A stretch of 60,226 nt of DNA from a virus. Where the stretch lies: IMG/VR virus record IMGVR_UViG_3300045988_163836, one strand, 5' to 3'. Below the pieces are notes generated by a model. It ran no database searches, had not been told where the DNA came from, and worked only from the letters and a program-made list of their open reading frames with translations. Positions within the stretch are counted from its first letter, which is position 1. Each line of letters starts with the position of its first letter. Below, piece after piece: positions 21,008-29,288 of the stretch. The position numbers were made by a program, and so were the translations under genes.

Positions 21008-22334
21008 AATAAGCCACATTCCTGAAGAATTTTCTGATTTTATAGGTCGTTTATATCCTGAAGATTGTTTAAATTCTTAGTCCGTATTTACATTAACATT
21101 TTAGGTTACAGATGATTGTTGTTTAAATTGTACTTATTGTTATCAAGGGCATAAAGGTAAACATAAATTATCTTTTGAAACAGCTAAACAGATGATTGAT
21201 TAGATATTAACCAGAGATAATAAAATTATTGGTTATATTGATTCTTATAAAATACCAGGAGTAATAATAGAATTTATAGGTGGAGAGCCATTTTTAGAAA
21301 TTGAATTAATTGATTAGATTACTGATTATTTTATTAATAAAATGATTGAATTGCGGCATCCTTGGGCTACTAAATATAAAATTTCAATTAGTTCTAATGG
21401 TATTTTATATTTTGAACAAAAAGTACAAGAGTATATTAAAAAAAATAATGAAAATTTAAGTTTATCAATTTCTATTGATGGAAATAAAAAATTACATGAC
21501 GCTTGTAGAGTTTTCCCTGATGGTAGTGGTAGTTATGATAAAGCATTGTCTGCCGCATTACATTATAGTCATAATTATAATAAATGGATTGGGAGTAAAA
21601 TGACTATCTCTCCATTTAATATAGATTATTTATATGACGCTGTTTTAGAAATGATAAACAATGGTTATAGTCAAATCAATCTAAATTGTGTGTATGAAAA
21701 AGGTTGGGAACTTAACCATGCCACTACATTATATTATTAGTTAAAAAAAATTGCTGATTATTTATTAAATAATGATTTGTGGGATAAAGTTTATTTATCT
21801 ATTTTTTATATTAATGATGGAAGTAAAAATTTATCTAATGATAATTGGTGTGGCGGGAATGGTCGTATGTTAGCCTTAAATTGGAAAGGTAAATATTATC
21901 CATGTTTACGTTATATGGAAGATAGCATAAGTAATCAGCCAGAATATTATATTGGAGATATTTATTAGGGAATAGGCCAAGATAATTTAACCATCAATAG
22001 ATTAAAAGATTTATCTGAAATAACAGTTATTAGTCAATCTCCTCAAGAATGTTTAGATTGTGAAATTTCTGGAGGATGCTCTTGGTGTACAGCTTATAAT
22101 TATCAAGAAACAGGTAATGTTAATAAAAGAGTTACTTATATTTGTGATATGCATTATGCTACAGTTCTAGCTTCTTTATATTATTTAAATTCTATTTTAA
22201 AAAAAATAAACTCGAATAAACGATTTAAATTTAATGGAGATAGGGAAAAAGCATTAAAAATTATCTCTTAGGATGAATATAATATAATAAAGGAGACAAT
22301 GACAAATGAAAATAGGAACGACAATAACTTCTGA
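20994..22334 (+). CDS. radical SAM / SPASM-domain peptide-modifying enzyme (8 in-frame TAG)
   Basis: CLNCTYC CX3CX2C cluster, GGEPFL, and a C-terminal SPASM-like CLDCEISGGCSWC...C..C. The track shows only a 132-aa fragment because of TAG codons. Confidence 0.7.
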
Positions 22335-22956
22335 TAGATTCAATGAATTAAAGAAAAAAATAAAGGCTGAATGTTTACGTCGTAAATATACCGGTAGTGT
22401 AAGTTCATATGGAGGGACTTCTTATGATTATACTACTTAGCCTGATAATGGAAAAGTTATTTCAAAAGAACACATAACAAAACTGGTAGAACCTATGGCG
22501 GCAATAAATATTGAAAATCAGAATGAAAATATAAATGTTATTAAAGATGATGATTTAAGTACATTAGAGGCAAAAATTACAGCTTATCAAGCTATGGGAT
22601 TAACTGATTCGAATACTGGATGTTCAGCTTATTGCACTGGATTATGTTCTACCAGTTGTAGCGAAAGTTGTGGAGTACAATGTTAGGGAACTTGTTTAGG
22701 TAGTTGTAAGAATACTTGCCAAGGAGGTTGTCAAAACACTTGCAGAGGCGGATGTCGAAGCAGTTGTAGTGGTAGCTGTAGCGGATGTAGTGGTTCTTGC
22801 TCAGGTGGATGCTATACAGGATGTAGTGGATGCAGTGGTAGCTGTACAAGACATTGTGCTAACGATTGTACTGGATTGTGTGGAGGAAGTTGTTCAGGTT
22901 TATGTAAAAGCTGTACTGGCACATGTAGTGGCACAGGTAGAAATGAACCATTATAA
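22306..22956 (+). CDS. Cys-rich repeat peptide/protein (candidate rSAM substrate), 2 TAG
   Basis: 216 aa with a Cys-poor N-terminal half, then about 40 Cys in G/S-C-x2-3-C repeats. Lies immediately downstream of the rSAM-SPASM gene with an SD. Confidence 0.55.
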
Positions 22957-23002
22957 TTTAAAAATATTTATCGAAAATACATATAACTGTAAGATATATT
23001 AT

Positions 23003-23644
23003 ATGTATCTTATACAAGATAATATTTTATTTTGTATAAGTAATTATAAGAATATAAATTTTCAAAAATATAATATGGATATTTAGATTTTATCTGTTTA
23101 TGAATATTTATGTCAAAAATATATTTTACATAAGGATATATTAAAACAATATAAAGGTATAGAATTATATAAAATTATGGAAATTCAAGATAAAATTTTT
23201 ATTAATAGATATAAATTATTATTGTAGATTATTAATAATAATTATAATTTTGATAATTAGTTAATATATACTGATTTTAATAATTTTAATTTTGAACAAA
23301 ATATTAGTTATATAAATTATTGTTTAAAATTGCTATTTAATAATTTTAAAAAAATAGATAAACAATTTTGGAAAATTTTAGATTAGATTTATTTTTTAAT
23401 TAATGGTAAAACTAATTTATTTTTATTGTTGGGAAATTTTTATTTGAATAAAAGTAATTTATAGCAATTTACTGAAGAAATAAAAAAAATTCCTGGAATT
23501 AAAGAATAGCTCTCTTTTAGTTATACAGCTTTAAATTTAGCTATTGAAATTGATAAAGTTGCAGAAAATAAAAATTATCTTAATGAATTAATTGAAATTA
23601 TTGATAATCATTCACAAGAAAAAATTTATAAATTTGATATTTAA
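23003..23644 (+). CDS. TAG-rich hypothetical protein
   Basis: 213-codon frame with no TAA or TGA but about 6 TAG, in sequence of about 80% AT; an uninterrupted frame this long is unlikely by chance. Confidence 0.35.
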
Positions 23645-23689
23645 TAAAAATTAATATATAATATATATACAAAATAAAGAAAATAAAGA

Positions 23690-23805
23690 CTTTAACAGCA
23701 AAAAATGGACAGTAAATCCGTCGCAAATGCTACGCAGGTTCGAATCCTGCCCTCCCCACCATTATATGGCGGAGGTAGGGAAGCGGTTAAACCCAGCGGA
23801 ACCAA
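23690..23805 (+). other. tRNA-like unit 1: T-arm/acceptor 3' half with CCA, followed by a tRNA 5'-half-like segment (possible permuted tRNA)
   Basis: tccgt-cgcaaatgctac-gcagg ttcgaat cctgc cctcccc a cca (to 23761), then gcggagg ta ggg aagcggttaaa ccc a gcgga. The gcgga/tccgt and gcggagg/cctcccc segments can pair. Confidence 0.3.
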
Positions 23806-23912
23806 ATCAAATAAGTCTTGTTTGAATAAAATAATTATTTGATTTTTAATAAAAAATATTATATAATATTTATATAAAAAGAGAAAGGCTTTTACAGCAA
23901 CTTAAACTTTTT

Positions 23913-23987
23913 TCCGTGGTCGAATAACTGGATAATTCATCAGAGTTAATTCTGAAAATAAGGATTCGAATTCCTTCCTTGGAGCCA
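23913..23987 (+). tRNA. tRNA-like unit 2, noncanonical 6-nt anticodon loop GUUAAU
   Basis: Acceptor tccgtgg/ccttgga, D gaat-aactggata-attc, anticodon tcaga-gttaat-tctga, T aagga-ttcgaat-tcctt, then g-cca. Leader and trailer are paralogous to unit 1. Confidence 0.4.
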
Positions 23988-24078
23988 AGTATAAAAAGTC
24001 TTGGGTAAATTTCTTAATTTGAAAAAATTAAAAAAATATAATATAATATATAAGTAATCAATAAGAAATTAAATAAAT

Positions 24079-24226
24079 GGGGTCGTGGCCAAGCGGTAAG
24101 GCCGGCAACTTATCCAAGATTAGTTTAAATGGTAAAATAGTCTATGCGCAAGAAAGATGTGAGTTCAAACCTAACATTTTGGGCCAAATTGCCAAATCGT
24201 TGGTTCGAATCCAACCGGCCCCACCA
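24079..24226 (+). tRNA. tRNA (Gln-like D-arm) with about 78-nt ORF-less intervening sequence in the anticodon loop
   Basis: Acceptor ggggtcg/cggcccc, D gcc-aagcggtaa-ggc, anticodon stem ggcaa...ttgcc, T gttgg-ttcgaat-ccaac, a-cca. Insert helix ccaagat/attttgg is adjacent to the anticodon stem. Anticodon is ambiguous (UAU, UCA or CCA depending on splice position). Confidence 0.55.
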
Positions 24227-24561
24227 TATTCCAATAGAAAGGAATCAAAATAATGAAGTTGACAAATATTAAGTAGGTTGAAGATTTTATCGCAGCAGTT
24301 AATCGGGCACATAGTAATGTATGGCTGGTTAGTCCGCAGGGTGATAGATATAATATGAAATCTGCACTTTCACAGTATATTGCACTTGGTGCATTGCTCG
24401 GCCAGCATGGTGATGAATTGGAACTTTTCTGTGATAGTAAGCAGGATGAAGGCTTGTTTATTGAATTTTTTGTTCGTCATCCTGAAGTTTAATTGAAAAA
24501 TTAAAAAAAATATTATAAAATATATATACAAAATAAATGAGAAATAAATTCTCATTTGTAT

Positions 24562-24638
24562 GGGACAGTAGCTTACGAGGTCGGAGCATTGGTCTGAAAA
24601 ACCAAAGGATGGAGGTTCGATACCTCTCTGTCCCACCA
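24562..24638 (+). tRNA. tRNA-Phe (GAA)
   Basis: Cloverleaf gggacag..gctt-acgaggtcg-gagc..ttggt-ctgaaaa-accaa..ggagg-ttcgata-cctct-ctgtccc-a-cca. Confidence 0.8.
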
Positions 24639-24891
24639 ATTGGTCTTATACATGGGGTTTCCGATTTGAACTAGGTAGATTAGTCACCTACCGTTGGCAA
24701 TAGACCAATTAAAAATAAACTGAGGCAAAGGGAAATCGGGTTTTAATATATATAGCTATAAAGAAATTTTATAGTTAGCTATGATGAACTTCATAGTAAA
24801 ATCCTCTTGTAATCAAGCTAATTGGGAGAGGGGTAGCGCGGGAACGGGGAGAAGCGCGCTATAAAAGGTGAAATACTTCTTTCCACCATAT

Positions 24892-24967
24892 GCCGGTGTA
24901 GCCGAATGGCATAGGCGAATGATTTAGGATCATTAATCTGAAGGTTCGAGTCCTTTCACCGGTACCA
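24892..24967 (+). tRNA. tRNA with anticodon UAG but short variable loop (type I body)
   Basis: gccggtg..gcc-gaatggcata-ggc..aatga-tttagga-tcatt-aatct-gaagg-ttcgagt-ccttt-caccggt-a-cca. Confidence 0.6.
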
Positions 24968-25575
24968 ATAGTGAAGTAGTAGCTATACTCACTATAATCA
25001 AGGCTCGGTGGTTGGTGGCTCCATCGTTATGTAAATAAGCCATATGTATATTACTTCTTGGTGTAATGGAAGCATGCTGCCTGAAAGAGGCGGAGGTATT
25101 GGTTCAATTCCAATAGAAGGATTAATTAAAGCTGGGAAATAATAGTCGCCCATAACTAATTATTTAATATAGGACTATTATTAAAGGTTATTTAAGTTAA
25201 AGAAATGCGGTTGAAGTTATTACTTACTTGATTATAAAATAACATGACCGCAAGACGAGTTTATAGTGTGCGTCTATAAATGATCTGCCTATATGTTATC
25301 TTTTTATACTTTCTCTTTGGTTGTTTCTTGACATATAAGTAAAAACGGAAAGGGAGTTAAAGGTTCAGCTAAAAAACTGGTTTGTTTTTTGATAAGGTTT
25401 TAAAAATTAGGTGACAAAATCTTATTTGAGTGACGCTGCTCAGGAGGGTCCGGAACCTCTGAAATGCGATATGCGGTTGTAGCTCAGTCGAAAAAAATAA
25501 ATTTGGACGAAGTGAGCTAATTAATTACTTTTATTTCCTAAATATAATAGAATAAAATAGAAAGAAGGTAATTAA

Positions 25576-26139
25576 TTGCCAAAAGCCTTAGATTTAACGA
25601 ATAAAGTATTTGGAAATTTAAAATGTATTTAGAAAGCTCCTACTAGAAATAAAAAGACTTATTGGGAATGTGAATGTTTATTATGCGGAACTCATAAAAT
25701 TATTTAGACTTGTCATTTAACAGATGGTAGAACTACAAGTTGCGGGTAGCATAATGAAAATAATCTTTTTAATATTAGCAAAGAAAAGCAATGCTTAATT
25801 TGTGGAGAAAAGTTTATAACTAATAATCCTAAAAGAAAATATTGTTTTAATTGTTCTCCAGACAATATATCAGCAGCTGACCGATTAAGACATATCAAAA
25901 GAATTATTAAACATAAATTAATAGTATATAAAGGCGGAAAATGTGAAATTTGTGGTTATGATAAATGTGAAGGAGCTTTATAGTTTCATCATTTAAATCC
26001 GCAAGAAAAAGAATTTACAATTTCTCAAGTAAATTTAAATGAAGGTGAATTTTCTTTTGAAAATTTATTAAAAGAAGTTGATAAATGTTAGTTATTATGT
26101 GCTAATTGTCATGCTGAACAACATTATAAAATTGAATGA
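25576..26139 (+). CDS. HNH homing endonuclease (TTG start, 5 in-frame TAG)
   Basis: CxxC...GAL-TAG-FHHLNP...DKC-TAG-LLCANCHAEQH. TAG aligns with Gln of NFQLLCPNCH in the 59479 HNH gene. The stop overlaps the start of tRNA-Lys. Confidence 0.65.
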
Positions 26140-26212
26140 TGGTGTGGCCTAGTGGTAAGGCACCTGCCTTTTAAGCAGGGTACCGAGGGTTCAAATCCCT
26201 CCACCATCACCA
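26138..26212 (+). tRNA. tRNA-Lys (UUU)
   Basis: gatggtg..gcc-tagtggtaa-ggc..cctgc-cttttaa-gcagg-gtacc-gaggg-ttcaaat-ccctc-caccatc-a-cca. Confidence 0.85.
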
Positions 26213-26745
26213 GGTCAAGTTTGAGAAATTTCATAAAGCATCGCTGACGTTAAATGGCACTTATATGAAAACGCGTAAGTAATATAAGATAGCAAAATTC
26301 TCGTAGTTCATCCTATTAGAGAATCTTAAAGAGTAATGGCAAGATCATATTGCGGGAGACCGTGCGTATGAGATACCAATAAAGGTAGCACATCTTGTGT
26401 TGAACAAGATAAAAGATGGAAAGGATACCTGCCATGTTTGGACAGCAAAAGAAGGCGTTGAATGTAATCGAAAAACATTCCGTTGGTTCTTAGGGGAGCG
26501 ACGTAACAGTGAAACCCGAGGTTTGAGTTACCTTGTCCAAACGCTATGTATAGTCAAAGTCTAGGCAACAAGGCTTTAATTAGAGTTAAAATTGTTTTAA
26601 TTAAACTCATACTTGTGGAAATCAAGCAGATCCACTTTACTGGGCCTACTGTAAAAGCCAGTTTGATATAGCCTCCATACCCAATGAGGAATTTTTATAA
26701 AAGTCTATTTAATTTTTCTTGGCAGTTTAATTAAGTAGACTATAT
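26213..26745 (+). ncRNA. ORF-free structured block, candidate large ncRNA
   Basis: About 530 nt with no ORF in any frame, locally GC-enriched with many complementary segments, between tRNA-Lys and tRNA-Val. Confidence 0.3.
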
Positions 26746-27302
26746 GCGGGATTAGCTCAGCTGGTTAGAGCGTTTGGTTTACTCGGCAAACTCTTTTAAT
26801 TTCTATTTTATGACACGAAATTCTAAAGAAGTCGGTAATTTAGCAGAATTACAATGTATTACTGGTCTTTATGAACTGGGATGTGATATTTCATTTCCTT
26901 TTGGAAATAGTCAAAAGTATGATTTAATTATGGATTATAAAGGTAAACTTTATAAAGTTCAAGTTAAACATGCTAAAGATGAATATACATTAGGAGAAAT
27001 TACACATTTTTCTTTTGCTACGAGATGGCAAAGTCATAATACGACTGGTTATAAAAAAACTCCATACACAAAAAATGATATTGATTTTTTCGCTACTTAT
27101 CACCAAGGAAAAGTTTATTTAATTCCTGTTGAAGAATGTAGCGGAGCTACTAAATCTATTCGTTATACCCCCCCTAAAAATGGACAACGAATTGGTATTA
27201 ATTTTGCTCAAGATTATTTGGCGGAGGAGGTGTTGAAGAAATTGTAAGAGCATTGCTAAGTAATCCAAGAGGTCATTGGTTCGAATCCAATATCCTGCAC
27301 CA
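26746..27302 (+). tRNA. tRNA-Val (UAC), anticodon loop interrupted by a 482-nt ORF-containing intervening sequence
   Basis: 5' exon gcgggat ta gctc-agctggtta-gagc g tttgg tttac (Val-like GAUUAGCUCAGCUGG). 3' exon from 27265: ccaag aggtc attgg-ttcgaat-ccaat atcctgc a cca. Junctions form an extended helix ttact/agtaa + ggcaa/ttgct. Confidence 0.7.
26810..27247 (+). CDS. intron-encoded Hjc/PD-(D/E)xK-like nuclease (paralog A)
   Basis: MTRNSKEVGNLAELQC...YDLIMDYKGKLYKVQVK matches Hjc-like ERExx...D-x-x-A...(E/Q)VK. Fills the tRNA-Val intervening sequence with about 27 nt 5' and about 17 nt 3' non-coding. Paralogs at 56076 and 57052. Confidence 0.65.
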   Translation: MTRNSKEVGNLAELQCITGLYELGCDISFPFGNSQKYDLIMDYKGKLYKVQVKHAKDEYTLGEITHFSFATRWQSHNTTGYKKTPYTKNDIDFFATYHQGKVYLIPVEECSGATKSIRYTPPKNGQRIGINFAQDYLAEEVLKKL

Positions 27303-27367
27303 ATAAATTTGAAAATTTAAAAAAAATATTATATAATATATATATAATAATAAAGGAGATATTTGAA

Positions 27368-27535
27368 ATGGCAACTACTAAAAAACCTGCAATTAAAATG
27401 GATAATACAGAGTTGAACGAGTATCTTCTGTTTCGTCGTCGTAGATCTATTGTGCCTGCCAAGAAAGGTAAGGGTATGGAATATGATAGGGCGAAAGAAA
27501 AAGAGAAATCTGAAAAAATGATTTCTGATGAATAA
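27368..27535 (+). CDS. small basic protein
   Basis: 56-codon ORF after promoter motif 27310-27350 and an SD. Confidence 0.3.
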   Translation: MATTKKPAIKMDNTELNEYLLFRRRRSIVPAKKGKGMEYDRAKEKEKSEKMISDE

Positions 27536-27537
27536 AT

Positions 27538-27614
27538 CGGCGCATAGACAAATAGGTATAGTCACTACCCTTTCAAGGTAGAATGTAGGGGTTCGATCCC
27601 CCTTGCGCTGACCA
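27538..27614 (+). tRNA. tRNA-Glu (UUC)
   Basis: cggcgca..gac-aaataggtata-gtc..ctacc-ctttcaa-ggtag-aatgt-agggg-ttcgatc-cccct-tgcgctg-a-cca. Confidence 0.75.
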
Positions 27615-27619
27615 TTTAT

Positions 27620-27695
27620 GGTGCTGTAGTTTAGTTGGAAGAATGCCAGCCTGTCACGCTGGAGGTCATGGGGTCAGGACCCATCAGCATCGCCA
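27620..27695 (+). tRNA. tRNA-Asp (GUC), unusual T-loop GUCAGGA
   Basis: ggtgctg..ccagc-ctgtcac-gctgg-aggtc-atggg-gtcagga-cccat-cagcatc-g-cca. Confidence 0.65.
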
Positions 27696-27725
27696 TTCGC
27701 TTTCCCGATATAAGCGATTTTGAAA

Positions 27726-27787
27726 CATAGAACTTGATAGAGCGTTCTATTAATCTGATTAGATTAAGTTTTATAACTATCATATTT
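27726..27787. repeat. about 62-nt structured leader element, copy 1
   Basis: catagaacttgatagagcgttctattaatctgattagattaagttttataactatcatatttgg has a second copy at 28813-28883 with a 7-nt insertion. It has two hairpins and immediately precedes a tRNA. Confidence 0.6.
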
Positions 27788-27863
27788 GGGGCACGGGACT
27801 GCATGGAGTGGTCGTCTCCCTTGCAAGGAGAAAAGCAGATGAGTTCGATTCTCATGTGTTCCA
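27788..27863 (+). tRNA. tRNA-Ala (UGC), no encoded CCA
   Basis: ggggcac..tctcc-cttgcaa-ggaga..atgag-ttcgatt-ctcat-gtgttcc-a; G3-U70 is present; 7-nt variable region. Confidence 0.6.
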
Positions 27864-27995
27864 GTCATCTAATATTCACAACCGCCACGAGGTAGATGAT
27901 GGGTAATGCTAATAGTGGATAAAACGAAAATCGGGCAAAGCAAGTTAAACTCCTTAAAGTTTTTATCAAATATAGTAGAAAAGGAGTTGAATTAA

Positions 27996-28628
27996 ATGCC
28001 TAAAAAATTAACTCAAGAAGAATTTGAGCAAAGAGTTTATGAATGCGTTGGAGATAAATATTCTGTTATAAGCGAATATAATGGAAAATCTAAACCAATA
28101 GATTTAAAGTGTAATATTCATAACATTATATTTCAAGTATCGGCAGAGTGTTTTATGCGAGGTCCAAAAGAAATAAGATGTTCTTGTCCTAAATGTTCAG
28201 AAGAAAAGAAAAATGAAAAATTTTCTATAAATAGAACAGAATTAGAATGTGCTTATTGCGGAAGAAAATTTATTCGTTCAAATTCTAAATTAAATAATTC
28301 AAAAAGTGGAATATATTTTTGTTGTAGAGAACATAAAGATTTGGCTCAAAGAATAGATTTCGGATTAAAAGAAATTCAGCCAAATCATTATGGAAATGCT
28401 GTTGAAAATATTCATAACTATCGTAAAAATGCTTTTCGATATTATTCTCATAAATGTGCAGTCTGTGATTGGAATGAAGATGAAGATATCTTAGAAGTTC
28501 ATCATATTGATGAAAATCGAGATCATAATGAACTATCTAATTTAATTATTCTTTGTCCTATATGTCATAGAAAACTTAGTTCACATAAATATAAATTGAT
28601 TGATAGAGAACAAATTGTTCTTTGTTAA
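27996..28628 (+). CDS. HNH homing endonuclease
   Basis: Zn-finger CxxC pairs plus EVHHIDENRDHN...LIILCPICH; no internal TAG. Confidence 0.75.
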   Translation: MPKKLTQEEFEQRVYECVGDKYSVISEYNGKSKPIDLKCNIHNIIFQVSAECFMRGPKEIRCSCPKCSEEKKNEKFSINRTELECAYCGRKFIRSNSKLNNSKSGIYFCCREHKDLAQRIDFGLKEIQPNHYGNAVENIHNYRKNAFRYYSHKCAVCDWNEDEDILEVHHIDENRDHNELSNLIILCPICHRKLSSHKYKLIDREQIVLC

Positions 28629-28702
28629 TAAATAGTGTGATATATTCCAAACACGTAGGGTGGTAAGCACACGGGTTTTCTAGAAGCCTTCCCTATGAAC
28701 AT

Positions 28703-28778
28703 GGATGCATAGCTCAGTTGGTAGAGCAATTGACTGTTAATCAATGGGTCGGAGGATCATACCCTTCTGCATCCGCCA
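28703..28778 (+). tRNA. tRNA-Asn (GUU)
   Basis: ggatgca ta gctc-agttggta-gagc a attga-ctgttaa-tcaat gggtc ggagg-atcatac-ccttc tgcatcc g cca. Confidence 0.7.
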
Positions 28779-28812
28779 CCGCACTTGCGGAAAACATACA
28801 ACTCAACTGGTG

Positions 28813-28883
28813 CATAGAACTTGATGGAGCGTTCTATTAGTCTGATGCCTGCATTAGATTAAGTTTTATAACCATCATACTTG
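28813..28883. repeat. structured leader element, copy 2
   Basis: catagaacttgatggagcgttctattagtctgatgcctgcattagattaagttttataaccatcatacttgg. Confidence 0.6.
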
Positions 28884-28957
28884 GGGACATAGTTTATGGT
28901 AGGAAAACGTTGAATTTAATTCAAAGTCGAGGGTGCGATTCCCTCTGGCTCCACCAT
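28884..28957 (+). tRNA. noncanonical tRNA, anticodon arm ttgaa-tttaa-ttcaa (possible anticodon UUA)
   Basis: ggggaca ta gttt-atggtagga-aaac g ... agtc gaggg-tgcgatt-ccctc tggctcc a cca. The loop is 5 nt, or 7 nt (atttaat) if the last stem pair opens. Confidence 0.45.
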
Positions 28958-29089
28958 TTATGAAAGACAATACAGCAATTATACATTTGCTTTGGGAGCC
29001 GTGTGTTATAGGTTCGAGTCCTATTGTTTGGTCGAAGACCGAATATAGCGTAATTGGTAGCGCAACGTATAAAATTGTCTTGTTAATAT

Positions 29090-29162
29090 TGCGGGATCGT
29101 CAAGTGGTTAAGACACCAGCCTCATAAACTGGTTATCGTGGGTTCGAATCCCACTCCCGCAA
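29090..29162 (+). tRNA. tRNA-Met (CAU)
   Basis: tgcggga tc gtc-aagtggttaa-gac a ccagc-ctcataa-actgg ttatc gtggg-ttcgaat-cccac tcccgca a; loop CUCAUAA. Confidence 0.6.
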
Positions 29163-29288
29163 GAGATACATTAATCAAGCCTCCACGGGGCGTATCTTGG
29201 GTAATGCTAATTGATTAAAAAATTTTTGGTCGCGGAAAATTAATTTTGCAACCAAAATTTCCATAATATTATGGAGGAGATAATAATT

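Noticed and set aside
22769-23086. Track ORF MVAVADVVVLAQVD...
   Set aside because: Its 5' two-thirds is the alternative frame of the Cys-codon repeats of the Cys-rich peptide gene. Only its last about 80 nt belong to a plausible gene (23003-23644).
25476-25560. gcggttgtagctcagtcg...gagc read as a tRNA 5' half; also the Gln-like T-arm remnant at 30020-30045 and the T-arm/acceptor-like sequence at 29010-29040
   Set aside because: No partner 3' or 5' halves with complementary acceptor strands could be found within the window. They are treated as decayed tRNA remnants rather than genes.
26746-27302. Interpreting the Val/Pro/Tyr tRNA inserts as ordinary group I introns carrying homing endonucleases
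   Set aside because: Only about 40 nt of non-coding sequence remains outside the ORF in each insert. A group I catalytic core cannot fit, unlike the 738-nt Leu(UAA) intron.
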